From Minisyncoccota bacterium (lineage in GTDB: Bacteria; Patescibacteriota; Minisyncoccia; Phycocordibacterales; JABAAK01): a DNA stretch of 64,000 nucleotides. The stretch spans positions 259,903-323,902 of the forward strand of contig OY764332.1 of NCBI GenBank assembly GCA_963668425.1, written 5' to 3'. Below, in pieces: positions 45,872 to 54,843 of this stretch. Position numbers and translations under genes: made by a program. The notes beneath the pieces were generated by a model. The model worked only from the letters and a program-made list of their open reading frames with translations. It ran no database searches and was not told where the DNA came from. The stretch's first letter is position 1. Every line of letters begins with the position of its first letter.

Positions 45872-47680
45872 TTACCACATAAACATGTCTTTGCTATAGC
45901 GTAATAGATCTTGTGTGTCGGTGAATGGGTCTTCTGATCTGAGAATGATTGTTATAATGTGTCCTTCTTGTTTTGGCGATTTGAAAACTGTCGCGAGGTT
46001 GCGCTTTGCCCTCAGTGTTGTTCCTGTTTTACCACCCAATACCTGTTCTGCTATCTCTTGGTTGTTTAGTAACCTGTTGGTGGTTTTTATTGGTATTATC
46101 CGTCTGGTGTTGCCTGTGGTAATGATGTGATTTGGTTTTTTTAGAATGGCAAATATATCTTTTTTGTTTTCAAGCATGAAATGCAATAGTTTGGTTATAT
46201 CTGCTGTGGTTGCATAGTTCATTTCTTCACTGCCTACCTCTGGGTCAAGTCCGGTTACATTAGCGAAGTATGTATCATGCATACTCAGCTTGTGTGCTTG
46301 TTTGTTCATTTTTTGTATAAAGGTTTCTATGCCCACCACCTCTGCTACTGCTGTGGCGATTTCATTATTTGATTCTATTAATATTGCATGCAGTGCATCA
46401 TCAAACGTTATTGTTTCTCCTGCGACAAATTTCCCTGATATGCCCTTGCTGTTTAATGCACTCTGATTAATGGTGATGTGGTCATCAGGTTGTAGTGTTT
46501 CAGATGCAACCAACGCAGTCATTAGTTTGGTTATACTGGCGATTGGCATTTTTCTTTTTCTGTTTTTTTGTAGTAGTGTATGAACTTCCCCATCTGTGTT
46601 TACGAACACTGCTAGGGCGGCATTTGCTGATAGTGCAAGTCCTTCTTTGTCGTCATACTTTGGAGTTGGATATGTGCTGTTTTGCTTTTTTATTGTGATG
46701 TCATTAAATCCTTTTTGTTGTTTGTATAATGCTGTTGCAATAGTAACTCCGACAAAGCGCCACTGCCAGGGCTTTGGCTGTTGAGCGATGCTATCTATTT
46801 CTTTCGGATAACTCATTACAAATCCATATTTGTGTGCATTTTTTTTCATCCACCTACCGCCGGCACTTTTGTTAAAGCGTTTATCTAGAGCAGTGTATTT
46901 GATTGATGCGTCTGTTATGTTGATTGTGGTACCGAGCTGATGTTCTGATTTACCCGGCTCAGCAATGATATCTTCTGGCATTGATCTATCTTTATATTTT
47001 GCGCGCCAATATCTATAGAGGTATTGTTGCACTTCGTATTCTCTGTATCCTGATGAGATCGCAAGGTGCACGCCATCTTTTTTTGCTTTTTGAAACATTT
47101 GTTTCACACTTGGTATTATGTCTGTGTGCAAACATACAGTGCCGTTTGTTTTTACTTCACTTGCTATATTCTCAAGCATTGGTGGAATATAGTTTGCTGG
47201 AAGTGATGTTGTCTGTTCGGTTATCTTTTTTAATGAGAAATCTGGGTATATACTTTTTTGTTCTGGGCAAAGGTGTATTGATAGCACTTTGTTTATTTTA
47301 TTTTTGGTTGCTTCATCAAGCTTGCCTGTTTTTTGGATATTGTGGATTTCTTGAAATTTTTCTACTGCTGCTCTGGTTGTGTTTCCATAGTACCCTGTTA
47401 TCTTTTTTTCTGGATAGATATTTTTATCTTGTGCTAGTATTTGTTGTAGTAATATTACACTTGGTCCAGTCATGTTAGGGGATACTATTTGTTTTAATCT
47501 GTTTGCCCATCGCTGTGTTTTGATTGCTTCTATTTCAATTTTTGTGATCTGTGCGCGGTCAGTATGACCGTGTGTTTTGAAGTAGTGTGGTGCGTTGTTG
47601 ACGTATTGTAGAAACAATATTATGATGATGAAAATCGCAATGGTGGTGGTGATGTGTTTTTTGTCTATGTTCTTTTTCAT
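45872..47680 (-). CDS. Multi-domain D-alanyl-D-alanine carboxypeptidase: PG-binding domain, VanY-like M15 domain and PBP5-like S11 domain
   Basis: PG_binding_1-like segment (ILLQQILAQDKNIYP...TRAAVEKFQ). VanY motifs (SGYREYEVQ..., EPGKSEHQLGTTINI). S11 motifs SITKLM (SxxK), ESNNE (SxN) and GGKTGT (KTG). Confidence 0.75.
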   Translation of the reverse strand: MKKNIDKKHITTTIAIFIIIILFLQYVNNAPHYFKTHGHTDRAQITKIEIEAIKTQRWANRLKQIVSPNMTGPSVILLQQILAQDKNIYPEKKITGYYGNTTRAAVEKFQEIHNIQKTGKLDEATKNKINKVLSIHLCPEQKSIYPDFSLKKITEQTTSLPANYIPPMLENIASEVKTNGTVCLHTDIIPSVKQMFQKAKKDGVHLAISSGYREYEVQQYLYRYWRAKYKDRSMPEDIIAEPGKSEHQLGTTINITDASIKYTALDKRFNKSAGGRWMKKNAHKYGFVMSYPKEIDSIAQQPKPWQWRFVGVTIATALYKQQKGFNDITIKKQNSTYPTPKYDDKEGLALSANAALAVFVNTDGEVHTLLQKNRKRKMPIASITKLMTALVASETLQPDDHITINQSALNSKGISGKFVAGETITFDDALHAILIESNNEIATAVAEVVGIETFIQKMNKQAHKLSMHDTYFANVTGLDPEVGSEEMNYATTADITKLLHFMLENKKDIFAILKKPNHIITTGNTRRIIPIKTTNRLLNNQEIAEQVLGGKTGTTLRAKRNLATVFKSPKQEGHIITIILRSEDPFTDTQDLLRYSKDMFMW

Positions 47681-47780
47681 TGTCTTGCAGGTTCAGCGTG
47701 CTACATGTTATTGATGTCGTTTGGTTTGATAAGAATAATACACTTTAAGCATTTCATTTTTGTAGTATAGCATTATACTG

Positions 47781-48086
47781 ATGACCATGTTTAAGAAAAA
47801 AGTACTTGCCATTGTCTCTAGCATTCCGAGAGGATCGGTGATGACGTACAAGGGGGTTGCTATGTTGGCAGGGTCACCAGATGCGGCACGAGCTGTTGGT
47901 CATATTATGGCGAACAACTTTGATCCGTCAGTTCCCTGCCATCGGGTTGTGCGATCTGATGGTAGTGTTGGGGCATATAACCGAGGTGGCATTTCTCAGA
48001 AAAAACAACTTTTACATCGTGAGGGTGTACAGATGGAAAATGATTGTGTCGTTCCCCTATCTATTATAAAAAGTGTTTCTATGTGA
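47781..48086 (+). CDS. MGMT-family protein (O6-alkylguanine-DNA alkyltransferase DNA-binding domain only), 101 aa
   Basis: Motifs YKGVAMLAGSPDAARAVG and PCHRVV (active-site Cys). Confidence 0.7.
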   Translation: MTMFKKKVLAIVSSIPRGSVMTYKGVAMLAGSPDAARAVGHIMANNFDPSVPCHRVVRSDGSVGAYNRGGISQKKQLLHREGVQMENDCVVPLSIIKSVSM

Positions 48087-48560
48087 AACATGTTTCACGT
48101 GAAACGTTTTTTTGACTTTTCTATGTGAAACACTTTGGTCGTTTTAATTGAAAAACCTTGATTTCTTGTATAATAATGTGCTCAGAGTGTTTCACGTGAA
48201 ACGTTTTTGTGCTTTTTTTTGTGAAATGTGTTTCACGTGAAACGTTTTTTTGACTTTTCTATGTGAAACACTTTGGTCATTTTTATTGAAAAACCTTGAT
48301 TTCTTGTATAATAATGTGCTCAGAGTGTTTCACGTGAAACGTTTTTGTGCTTTTTTTGTGAAATGTGTTTCACGTGAAACGTTTTTTTGACTTTTCTATG
48401 TGAAACACTTTGGTCATTTTTATTGAAAAACCTTGATTTCTTGTATAGTAATGTGCTCAGAGTGTTTCACGTGAAACGTTTTTGTGCTTTTTTTTGTGAA
48501 ATGTGTTTCACGTGAAACGTTTTTTTGACTTTTCTATGTGAAACACTTTGCTGTTTTGTT
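48078..48560 (+). promoter_or_regulatory. Tandem array (3.5 units of 138 bp) of promoter/operator modules. Each has an extended -10 (cttgTATAATaatg) and two copies of the palindrome GTTTCACGTGAAAC 41 bp apart
   Basis: The 14-bp palindrome occurs at 48093, 48190, 48231, 48328, 48368, 48465 and 48505. The motif ttgacttttctatgtgaaacactttggtc recurs. The array lies upstream of yraN. Confidence 0.75.
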
Positions 48561-48631
48561 GTATAATCATTATTTGACGTGTATGTCAAATTATGTTTTA
48601 ACTGCTCTCTTTTTCTCATTTAGATTGTATA

Positions 48632-49009
48632 GTGTGTATAACTATGTTTATACTGTGTAAATTTTTTGGAAATATTGGGGAGAAGTATGCTGAAAAGTAT
48701 TTAAAAAGTTGTGGATATACGATTATTGCTAGGCAGTATCATGCAAAATTTGTGGAAATTGATATTTTGGCAAAACGGGGAAATACTCTGTATGTTTTTG
48801 AGGTAAAAAGTGTTTCACATAGAAACAATAGCCATGCGCCATTTCACCCCATTCATCGTGTCAGCCGTCGCAAGATTAAGAAAATGAATATGTTCGCTGA
48901 TTATTATTTGAACAGACATCAGGAATATGCCACTGCCTCGGTTGGGGTTGTTATTGTCTTTCTCGCTGAAGAGTTGTCGCACCCAGAGATTGAGATTATC
49001 TGGCTTTGA
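48632..49009 (+). CDS. yraN: YraN-family (UPF0102) endonuclease-like protein. Probable start at the Met of MFILCKFFGNIGEKY
   Basis: Motifs GEKYAEKYLKSCGYTII...EIDILAKRGNTLYVFEVK match the UPF0102 signature. Confidence 0.7.
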   Translation: MCITMFILCKFFGNIGEKYAEKYLKSCGYTIIARQYHAKFVEIDILAKRGNTLYVFEVKSVSHRNNSHAPFHPIHRVSRRKIKKMNMFADYYLNRHQEYATASVGVVIVFLAEELSHPEIEIIWL

Positions 49010-49067
49010 CCTCAAGTTTGAGGTTTTGGTTTTATGTTACAATTCTTGTTGTGATGGTTTCATCATA

Positions 49068-49143
49068 CGGGGAATGGTGTAACGGCTAACATGCCCGCTT
49101 TGGGAGCGGGTGATTCCGGGTTCGAATCCCGGTTCCCCGACCA
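49068..49143 (+). tRNA. tRNA-Pro(TGG) with encoded CCA
   Basis: Hand fold: acceptor CGGGGAA/TTCCCCG, anticodon stem CCCGC/GCGGG, loop TTTGGGA, T-loop GGTTCGAATCC, 3' ACCA. Confidence 0.85.
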
Positions 49144-49376
49144 CATTACTTTAGATGCCTATTGTATTGTTTGTTGCTGTGGTGTTTTGGTGCTTGACTC
49201 TTCTTGAGAGAGGTTGAGTGTTGGGTGAGGTTGGATATTGTAGGGTGTGTTTCTTGTTGGATGGATGTGTGACTTGCTCATTTATTCGGAGAAGTGAGTT
49301 TTTTATTGTTCGCTTGGATGTGGTCTTGGAGGCGGTGATGCAGGTAGTGGATTTAGTTGTATAGTGTTTTTGTGGA

Positions 49377-49448
49377 CGGAGGGTGATGCAAGGGCACCGC
49401 ACACGATGTAGGTTCGTGTGACTCTGGGTTTAAATCCCGGTTCTCCGA
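49377..49448 (+). ncRNA. tRNA-like element, aberrant (72 nt): acceptor and T-arm good, D-arm weak, 7-bp anticodon-like stem with loop UGUAGGU and G at position 33
   Basis: Acceptor CGGAGGG/TTCTCCG (two GU pairs). T-arm CTGGG-TTTAAAT-CCCGG. Preceded by a 230-nt G+T-rich spacer. Could be a pseudo-tRNA or a non-canonical tRNA. Confidence 0.3.
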
Positions 49449-49891
49449 CGGGCCGGTTTGCACCTTTGTTGTATGTTGGATTTGTTGTTTTTGTGGGTAG
49501 AGATGTTGCTGATATTTGTATGATTACTATTGCTCATCTTACTTCTTTTTAAAGAAAATGGCTGTTATACCAAGGTCTGTTGGTTTAGTGGGTGTAGTAA
49601 TATAATAAAATTGGGTTTTGGCAAGATTTTTATCCCCTTGCCTTTTTCTGAAAAATTGTTGTATTATATATATGTCGCCTGTAGGCGACTGATTATCAAC
49701 TAAACAAAATATTTTATGTTTATCTACAACAACGATAACTCTGGCATGGGTGGCGACGGCATGGAGAAAAAGGATGAGAATGCGTAGTGTATAGATTCGA
49801 CCTACAGAATAGTTTATTCACAAAAGCGAGGCATTATGCTTCGCTTTTGTGTTTTTATTATTTTCTTGATGCGGTATACTGCGTGTGTTCA

Positions 49892-49962
49892 GCGGGCGTA
49901 GTTTAGTGGTAGAACATCCGCCTTCCAAGCGGAAAATGAGAGTTCGATTCTCTCCGTCCGCA
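49892..49962 (+). tRNA. tRNA-Gly(TCC)
   Basis: Hand fold: acceptor GCGGGCG/CGTCCGC, anticodon loop CTTCCAA, T-arm GAGAG-TTCGATT-CTCTC. Confidence 0.85.
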
Positions 49963-50052
49963 CTACTCACCAAATGTTTTCTTTGTGAGCGGCATTTTGC
50001 AACCTTTGCTTATATACTGTAGCATTCAATATATCTTGCCCCTTGATATTGT

Positions 50053-51726
50053 TTACTTTGGCTGGTTGAGGAGATTGAGTATTGTCTGTTTTGGAAGTGC
50101 CCAGAGAAATGTACTGATGCGAGGTCCACTATCTTTGGTGATGAGGAGTTGATAGAGATGTTTGAAAAGTGTTCGTTGTGCTTTTTTTAATTCTTTTTCT
50201 TCAGTGTAGTTTTTTTTGGGAAGGGAATAGATATATTCTTCTAAGTCGTGTACTGATGGTTTTTGGTTTTCTTTCAGATACTCGTGTATATTTTTGATAT
50301 ATTGCTTGTTTTTATTATCTATCACTTGCCAATGTGCGGTATTTTGATTTTCACGTAGTGCTATTATTGCTTCTTTGTTGTGTTCAGTCAGCCATATTCT
50401 TGCTTTAGGAAGGCGGTATTTGATGGATTTTGTATCAAAGGAGAGATTTGATGCCCTGAGCATTGTGTTAAGTTTGTTCTCATCCCACTGTGCGATTTGT
50501 GCAAATCCGATGAGGTTGCGGAATGATATTGGGTTTTTATAGATATTGTGTGGATATATACCTTTAACCACTTCGGCGATTCTTTTTTCTGTATTGTTTT
50601 CTGCTGTTTGCTTTTTGAACAGTTTGGCAAGGAAGCTTTTTGGCTGTTTTGTAAGAACTCTATCTAATTCGTCATATTGACGATATACTTCCGTATCAAG
50701 GGCGATGGAAAATGTTTGAGAGGGAAGTCGGCGTAGATACATCCACAAGAGCAATGCCGGCTCATAGACGGAGAGGAGGGTTTGTGGGGTGACTACTATA
50801 CCTTTTGATCCAGACATTTTGGTTGATCCACCTTGTATACCAACAAAGCCGTATTCAGTGAATATTGGTGGTTCAATATTGAATATTTTCTTTGCAATGG
50901 CTGATGAGACATCATAGCTACTGCCTGGAGCCGCGTGATCGTTGCCGCCTGGCTCAAAGCAAACATCTTCGTGCTTCCAACGCATTGCCCAATCCACCTT
51001 CCAATTCAGTTTTGCGATTCGTGTTTTTGACAGATCTACCTCTTCTTCTTTTTTGGTTATTTTACAACGATAACGAATTGTTTTTTTGCCGTCGTAATTG
51101 AGTATCTCAGTCGCATCTTTGTTGGTGAAGCGGGAATAGAGCGAAATAGGGAAGTATGACTTACAATATTCACTGTCTACTATATTTCTATTCTTTTTTC
51201 CTTTTTCGGTCATGAAAGAGAGAAGGATGTTGGCTATCTCTTTCCTCTTGTGGAGTGCTTCAAAGATGTATTCATCATATATGCCTGATTTGTATAGATT
51301 TGTTTGGTATTTATAGGTCGGAGTGATGTTGAATGTTTTTAGAGATTTTTCAAATTCTTGCTGGTACTGTTCCGCATATGATTTTTTTTTGTCTTGTGGT
51401 GAGGGTATATTTGATAGTGCTTTTCCGATGTGTTCTTTGTATGTTTGTTCAATGTCTGCGGGTACTTTTCTAAAACGATCAAAGTCGTCCCATGAGTATA
51501 GGAACTCTGCCTGTTTTCCTCTGTCCTGTAGTGCTTTTACTACGGCAAAAGTGGTGATGACTTCTCGGAAGTTGCCAAAATGGATTGGTCCTGATGGGCT
51601 GATACCGGACGCACAGACGAATTTTTGTTTGTTTGGGTACTTTTGTATGAGATATTCAGCGATACCATCTGCCCAGTATGCTGTTTTTCCATACTCCTCT
51701 CCTCCTATTCTGGTACCGTGTTTCAT
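50053..51726 (-). CDS. lysK: Lysine--tRNA ligase, class I (LysK-type)
   Basis: Class I motifs GISPSGPIHFGNFRE (HIGH-like) and KMSGSKG (KMSKS variant). Archaeal-type class I LysRS layout. Confidence 0.8.
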   Translation of the reverse strand: MKHGTRIGGEEYGKTAYWADGIAEYLIQKYPNKQKFVCASGISPSGPIHFGNFREVITTFAVVKALQDRGKQAEFLYSWDDFDRFRKVPADIEQTYKEHIGKALSNIPSPQDKKKSYAEQYQQEFEKSLKTFNITPTYKYQTNLYKSGIYDEYIFEALHKRKEIANILLSFMTEKGKKNRNIVDSEYCKSYFPISLYSRFTNKDATEILNYDGKKTIRYRCKITKKEEEVDLSKTRIAKLNWKVDWAMRWKHEDVCFEPGGNDHAAPGSSYDVSSAIAKKIFNIEPPIFTEYGFVGIQGGSTKMSGSKGIVVTPQTLLSVYEPALLLWMYLRRLPSQTFSIALDTEVYRQYDELDRVLTKQPKSFLAKLFKKQTAENNTEKRIAEVVKGIYPHNIYKNPISFRNLIGFAQIAQWDENKLNTMLRASNLSFDTKSIKYRLPKARIWLTEHNKEAIIALRENQNTAHWQVIDNKNKQYIKNIHEYLKENQKPSVHDLEEYIYSLPKKNYTEEKELKKAQRTLFKHLYQLLITKDSGPRISTFLWALPKQTILNLLNQPK

Positions 51727-51810
51727 AGAGGTAGTGTAACATAGGCAAGGTTTGCTGCTTTGTATATAAAAATATGCCCCGAGATAGAGTTCTCGGGGCA
51801 GGGGGAGGGT

Positions 51811-52251
51811 TTAGCGACGGCGCTTGGTTCGTTTCGTCGTCCGCTTTCGCTCTTTCACCCTTTCTTGGGTGGTTGAACGAGAGCTGGCACGACGAGTTGT
51901 CGTCTGTCGTGTGACTGACTGGCGACTGCGGCTCACCTGCCTCCGTTGTTGTGGTTGGTAGGATTGTTGTACCACCCGCTGTGGGGCTGCTGGTACTGAC
52001 CTCACTGACCTTCCTTGGTGGTGGTGGTGTGAAGAAGTTGAGGTACTGCGATACCTTGCTTCCTGCACTACCACCTCTCGGTAGTGGTAGTTGTGATGCC
52101 CATACACGCACCCATAACCATAACATATCTCGCAGTATATGCGAGTGTACGTTTGGTGGTATGACGGTGCGGTATCTTGCATCACCACCACACATCCGCT
52201 TACTAGTAGCGGAAAGATGATCGCCATCATGGCGATCGTGGCTTTTTTCAT
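51811..52251 (-). CDS. Small lipoprotein with a basic, Ser/Arg-rich C-terminal tail (start MKKATIAMMAIIFPLLVSGC)
   Basis: Lipobox LVSGC. No other homology. Confidence 0.4.
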   Translation of the reverse strand: MKKATIAMMAIIFPLLVSGCVVVMQDTAPSYHQTYTRIYCEICYGYGCVYGHHNYHYREVVVQEARYRSTSTSSHHHHQGRSVRSVPAAPQRVVQQSYQPQQRRQVSRSRQSVTRQTTTRRASSRSTTQERVKERKRTTKRTKRRR

Positions 52252-52581
52252 CGCGCTTTCCTCCTGTTCTGTTGTTCTGTTGTTCTGTCTAAAAATATTA
52301 AAGGACCTTGACACCTATTGGCATCTGTTATATTATACCATATTGATATATTTCTGTCAATGCACACCCGGTAGGAACCTCACTTGACGGTGCCAAAACC
52401 ATCAGAAAACTATCTGCGGAGCGCAGTGTATATTTTTCTGATGGTTCTCGGCGTTCCGCTACGCTCCACTTACTCCACCCGTCAAGTTTTTGCTTTGCAA
52501 AAACCTATCGGCTATCGCCGATGTTCTTGTTGCCTGCTTATACAGTTACCATCTTACTCTTATTACTGTTTGGTTTTCTAG

Positions 52582-52655
52582 CACACCCGGTAGGATTCGA
52601 ACCCACGACCTCCCGGTCCGAAGCCGGGCGCTCTATCCAGCTGAGCTACGGGTGC
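52582..52655 (-). tRNA. tRNA-Arg(TCG)
   Basis: Minus-strand fold: acceptor GCACCCG/CGGGTGT (G1-U72), D-arm GCTCAGCTGGATAGAGC, anticodon stem CCCGG/CCGGG, loop CTTCGGA, T-loop GGTTCGAATCC. Confidence 0.8.
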
Positions 52656-52777
52656 ATAGTAGGATTGTAGCACGAAGGGTGACTCAGGTATCTGCTGAAC
52701 ATGCTTATTCTGAAGGAAGTGCTACGCAATCCTTTATTTTAAGTAACCAGACCTAACTGCCATCTGAATTGTGTTAG

Positions 52778-54343
52778 TTGCCTTGTCTACTAAAGTCGCT
52801 CAAAATAAAGATGGAGTACTTGTTGGTGGTGGGGTATATACTGTTGGTAACTATGGCTGAAAAAAACATGCTTTCTCTGTCAGTTCCTGATTTTGTTGTG
52901 GCGGTTGCACAGACCTTGCATGATGCTGGGTTTGAGGTGTATCTCGTTGGTGGTTGTGTTCGTGGACTAATCATGGGACGGGAGATCGCTGACTGGGATT
53001 TCACCACCAATGCAACGCCTGAGCAAATACAAGGACTTTTTGAGCATACTGTATATGAGAATGATTTTGGCACTGTTGGTGTTGTGCTGGATGAAGTGCC
53101 TGATGGTGACACAGATCATACAGTTGTTGAGGTTACGCCATACCGCAAGGAGAAGGGGTACAGTGATAATCGTCGCCCTGATGAGGTAGTTTTTTGTGAT
53201 TCTCTTGATGAGGATTTGTCGCGACGGGATTTTACCATTAATGCGTTGGCGTATAATCCGGTTACAAAGGAGCTGATTGATCGGTATGGTGGTATTGCTG
53301 ACTTGCATCTTGGTGTTATTCGTTCTGTTGGTGATCCTGCGGAGCGGTTTGAGGAAGATGCATTGCGACTTATGCGCGCGGTGCGGATTGCCACACAGTT
53401 AAATGGCACCGTTGAAGAAGGAACTTTGCGTGTCATACATGAGAAATCTGACTCGCTTACATCTATTGCTGCGGAGCGTGTGCGTGATGAGTTTGTAAAA
53501 ATTATTATGGCTGATACACCTGATATTGGTATTCGTCTACTCTTGCAAACCGGACTATTGACATATATTGTACCTGAATTGCTGCAGGGCGATGGTGTAG
53601 AACAGAGTCAGGCGCATCGATATGATGTGCTGGAGCATAGTATACGAACACTCGCACATAGTGGTGTGAAGCAGTTTCGTCTTGAGGTGCGGCTTGCGGC
53701 ACTGCTGCACGACATTGGCAAACCGAAGACGCGGGAGTGGCATAAGGAACGAGGTGACTGGAGCTTTCATGCACATGAGGTTGTTGGTGCGCGGATGGTG
53801 AAAAAGATTTTGCTACGATTGAAATTTTCAAAAGAAATTGTTGATACAGTTACATTGTTTGTGCGGTGGCATATGTTCTTTTCTGATCCTGATAAAGTTT
53901 CTCTTTCTGGGGTGCGACGAATGGTTGCACGGGTTGGTGAGCAACACATTTGGGATTTGATTGATTTGCGGATGTGTGATCGTATTGGCACTGGCAGACC
54001 AAAAGAGCAGCCATATCGCTTGCGGAAGTATATTGCTTTTGTGGAGGAGGTTTTGCGGGAGCCAGTTACACCTGGCACTCTTGTTATAGATGGCACAACA
54101 TTGATGCGGGATCTTGATTTACAACCCGGGCCGAGGATTGGACATATTTTGCATATTTTGCTTGCGGAGGTGTTGGATGATCCTAATAAAAATGTTGCGG
54201 ATGTTTTGCTCGTGCGGGCAAAAGAGTTGTTACAGTTGTCTGAGGCAGACCTTGTGGCACTTGGCAAGAAAGGGAAGGTGCGACGGTTTGAGGAGGAGGA
54301 AGGTCAGGTTGCGGAGATACGGAAGAAATATCACGTTGATTAA
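52778..54343 (+). CDS. cca: CCA-adding enzyme / tRNA nucleotidyltransferase with HD domain. Likely start MAEKNMLS at about 52853
   Basis: Pol-beta head (YLVGGCVRGLIMGREIADWDFTT, catalytic DxD), RLMRAVRIA, HD motif LLHDIGK. Confidence 0.75.
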   Translation: MPCLLKSLKIKMEYLLVVGYILLVTMAEKNMLSLSVPDFVVAVAQTLHDAGFEVYLVGGCVRGLIMGREIADWDFTTNATPEQIQGLFEHTVYENDFGTVGVVLDEVPDGDTDHTVVEVTPYRKEKGYSDNRRPDEVVFCDSLDEDLSRRDFTINALAYNPVTKELIDRYGGIADLHLGVIRSVGDPAERFEEDALRLMRAVRIATQLNGTVEEGTLRVIHEKSDSLTSIAAERVRDEFVKIIMADTPDIGIRLLLQTGLLTYIVPELLQGDGVEQSQAHRYDVLEHSIRTLAHSGVKQFRLEVRLAALLHDIGKPKTREWHKERGDWSFHAHEVVGARMVKKILLRLKFSKEIVDTVTLFVRWHMFFSDPDKVSLSGVRRMVARVGEQHIWDLIDLRMCDRIGTGRPKEQPYRLRKYIAFVEEVLREPVTPGTLVIDGTTLMRDLDLQPGPRIGHILHILLAEVLDDPNKNVADVLLVRAKELLQLSEADLVALGKKGKVRRFEEEEGQVAEIRKKYHVD

Positions 54344-54397
54344 TTTTTATTCGGACTCTTATAATGACAAACCAGAATTTTTATATTACTGCTTGGT

Positions 54398-54829
54398 GTG
54401 TATTGTATACTGCAGGCAATGGAGAAAACTATTTTTCAAAAAATTATTGATGGGGAAGTGCCAGCTGACAAGGTGCATGAGACGGATCACGTGTTAGCGT
54501 TTTTGGATATTAAGCCGGTGCATAAAGGTCACACACTTGTGATACCAAAGGTGGCAGTGCAAGACATCTTTACTCTCGGCAGTGAAGATGCAACACATTT
54601 GATGCGAGCAATCGTGGTGGTTGCTAATGCAGTGAGGGAAGTGACTGGTGCGCTTGGGATAAATATTGTCTCAAACAATGGTGCGGCGGCAGGGCAGGAG
54701 GTGTTTCATTTACATTTTCATATCATTCCGCGATTTGAAAAAGGTGAATTTCATCCGTTACCGCACACAGGGTATGAAAATGATGATGAGCGGGTAGAGT
54801 ATGCGAGAAGAATTATGAGCGTGATATAG
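54398..54829 (+). CDS. HIT-family (histidine triad) nucleotide hydrolase
   Basis: HxHxH motif in VFHLHFHIIPR. Start likely MEKTIFQKII. Confidence 0.75.
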   Translation: MYCILQAMEKTIFQKIIDGEVPADKVHETDHVLAFLDIKPVHKGHTLVIPKVAVQDIFTLGSEDATHLMRAIVVVANAVREVTGALGINIVSNNGAAAGQEVFHLHFHIIPRFEKGEFHPLPHTGYENDDERVEYARRIMSVI

Positions 54830-54843
54830 GGTTTCAAATTTTT

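Noticed and set aside
48078-48560. Possible CRISPR array (regularly spaced repeats)
   Set aside because: The spacers between palindromes are themselves identical in each unit, so these are tandem duplications of a promoter/operator module. The repeat is an AT-rich palindrome unlike CRISPR repeats, and there are no cas genes. The same holds for the 36.5-kb and 40.7-kb arrays and the 40-bp repeats.
49151-49402. 83-aa minus-strand ORF in the G+T-rich spacer
   Set aside because: Low-complexity Thr/Lys/Ser/Asn-rich translation. It overlaps the tRNA-like element and has no RBS or homology.
49144-49448. tmRNA (ssrA) hypothesis for the tRNA-like element plus upstream spacer
   Set aside because: The 5' acceptor partner lies only 72 nt upstream, giving a tRNA-sized molecule. 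The spacer has no recognizable tag-peptide ORF (no ...ALAA stop) and no pseudoknot signatures. The shared GAUGUAGG octamer with E. coli tmRNA is probably chance.
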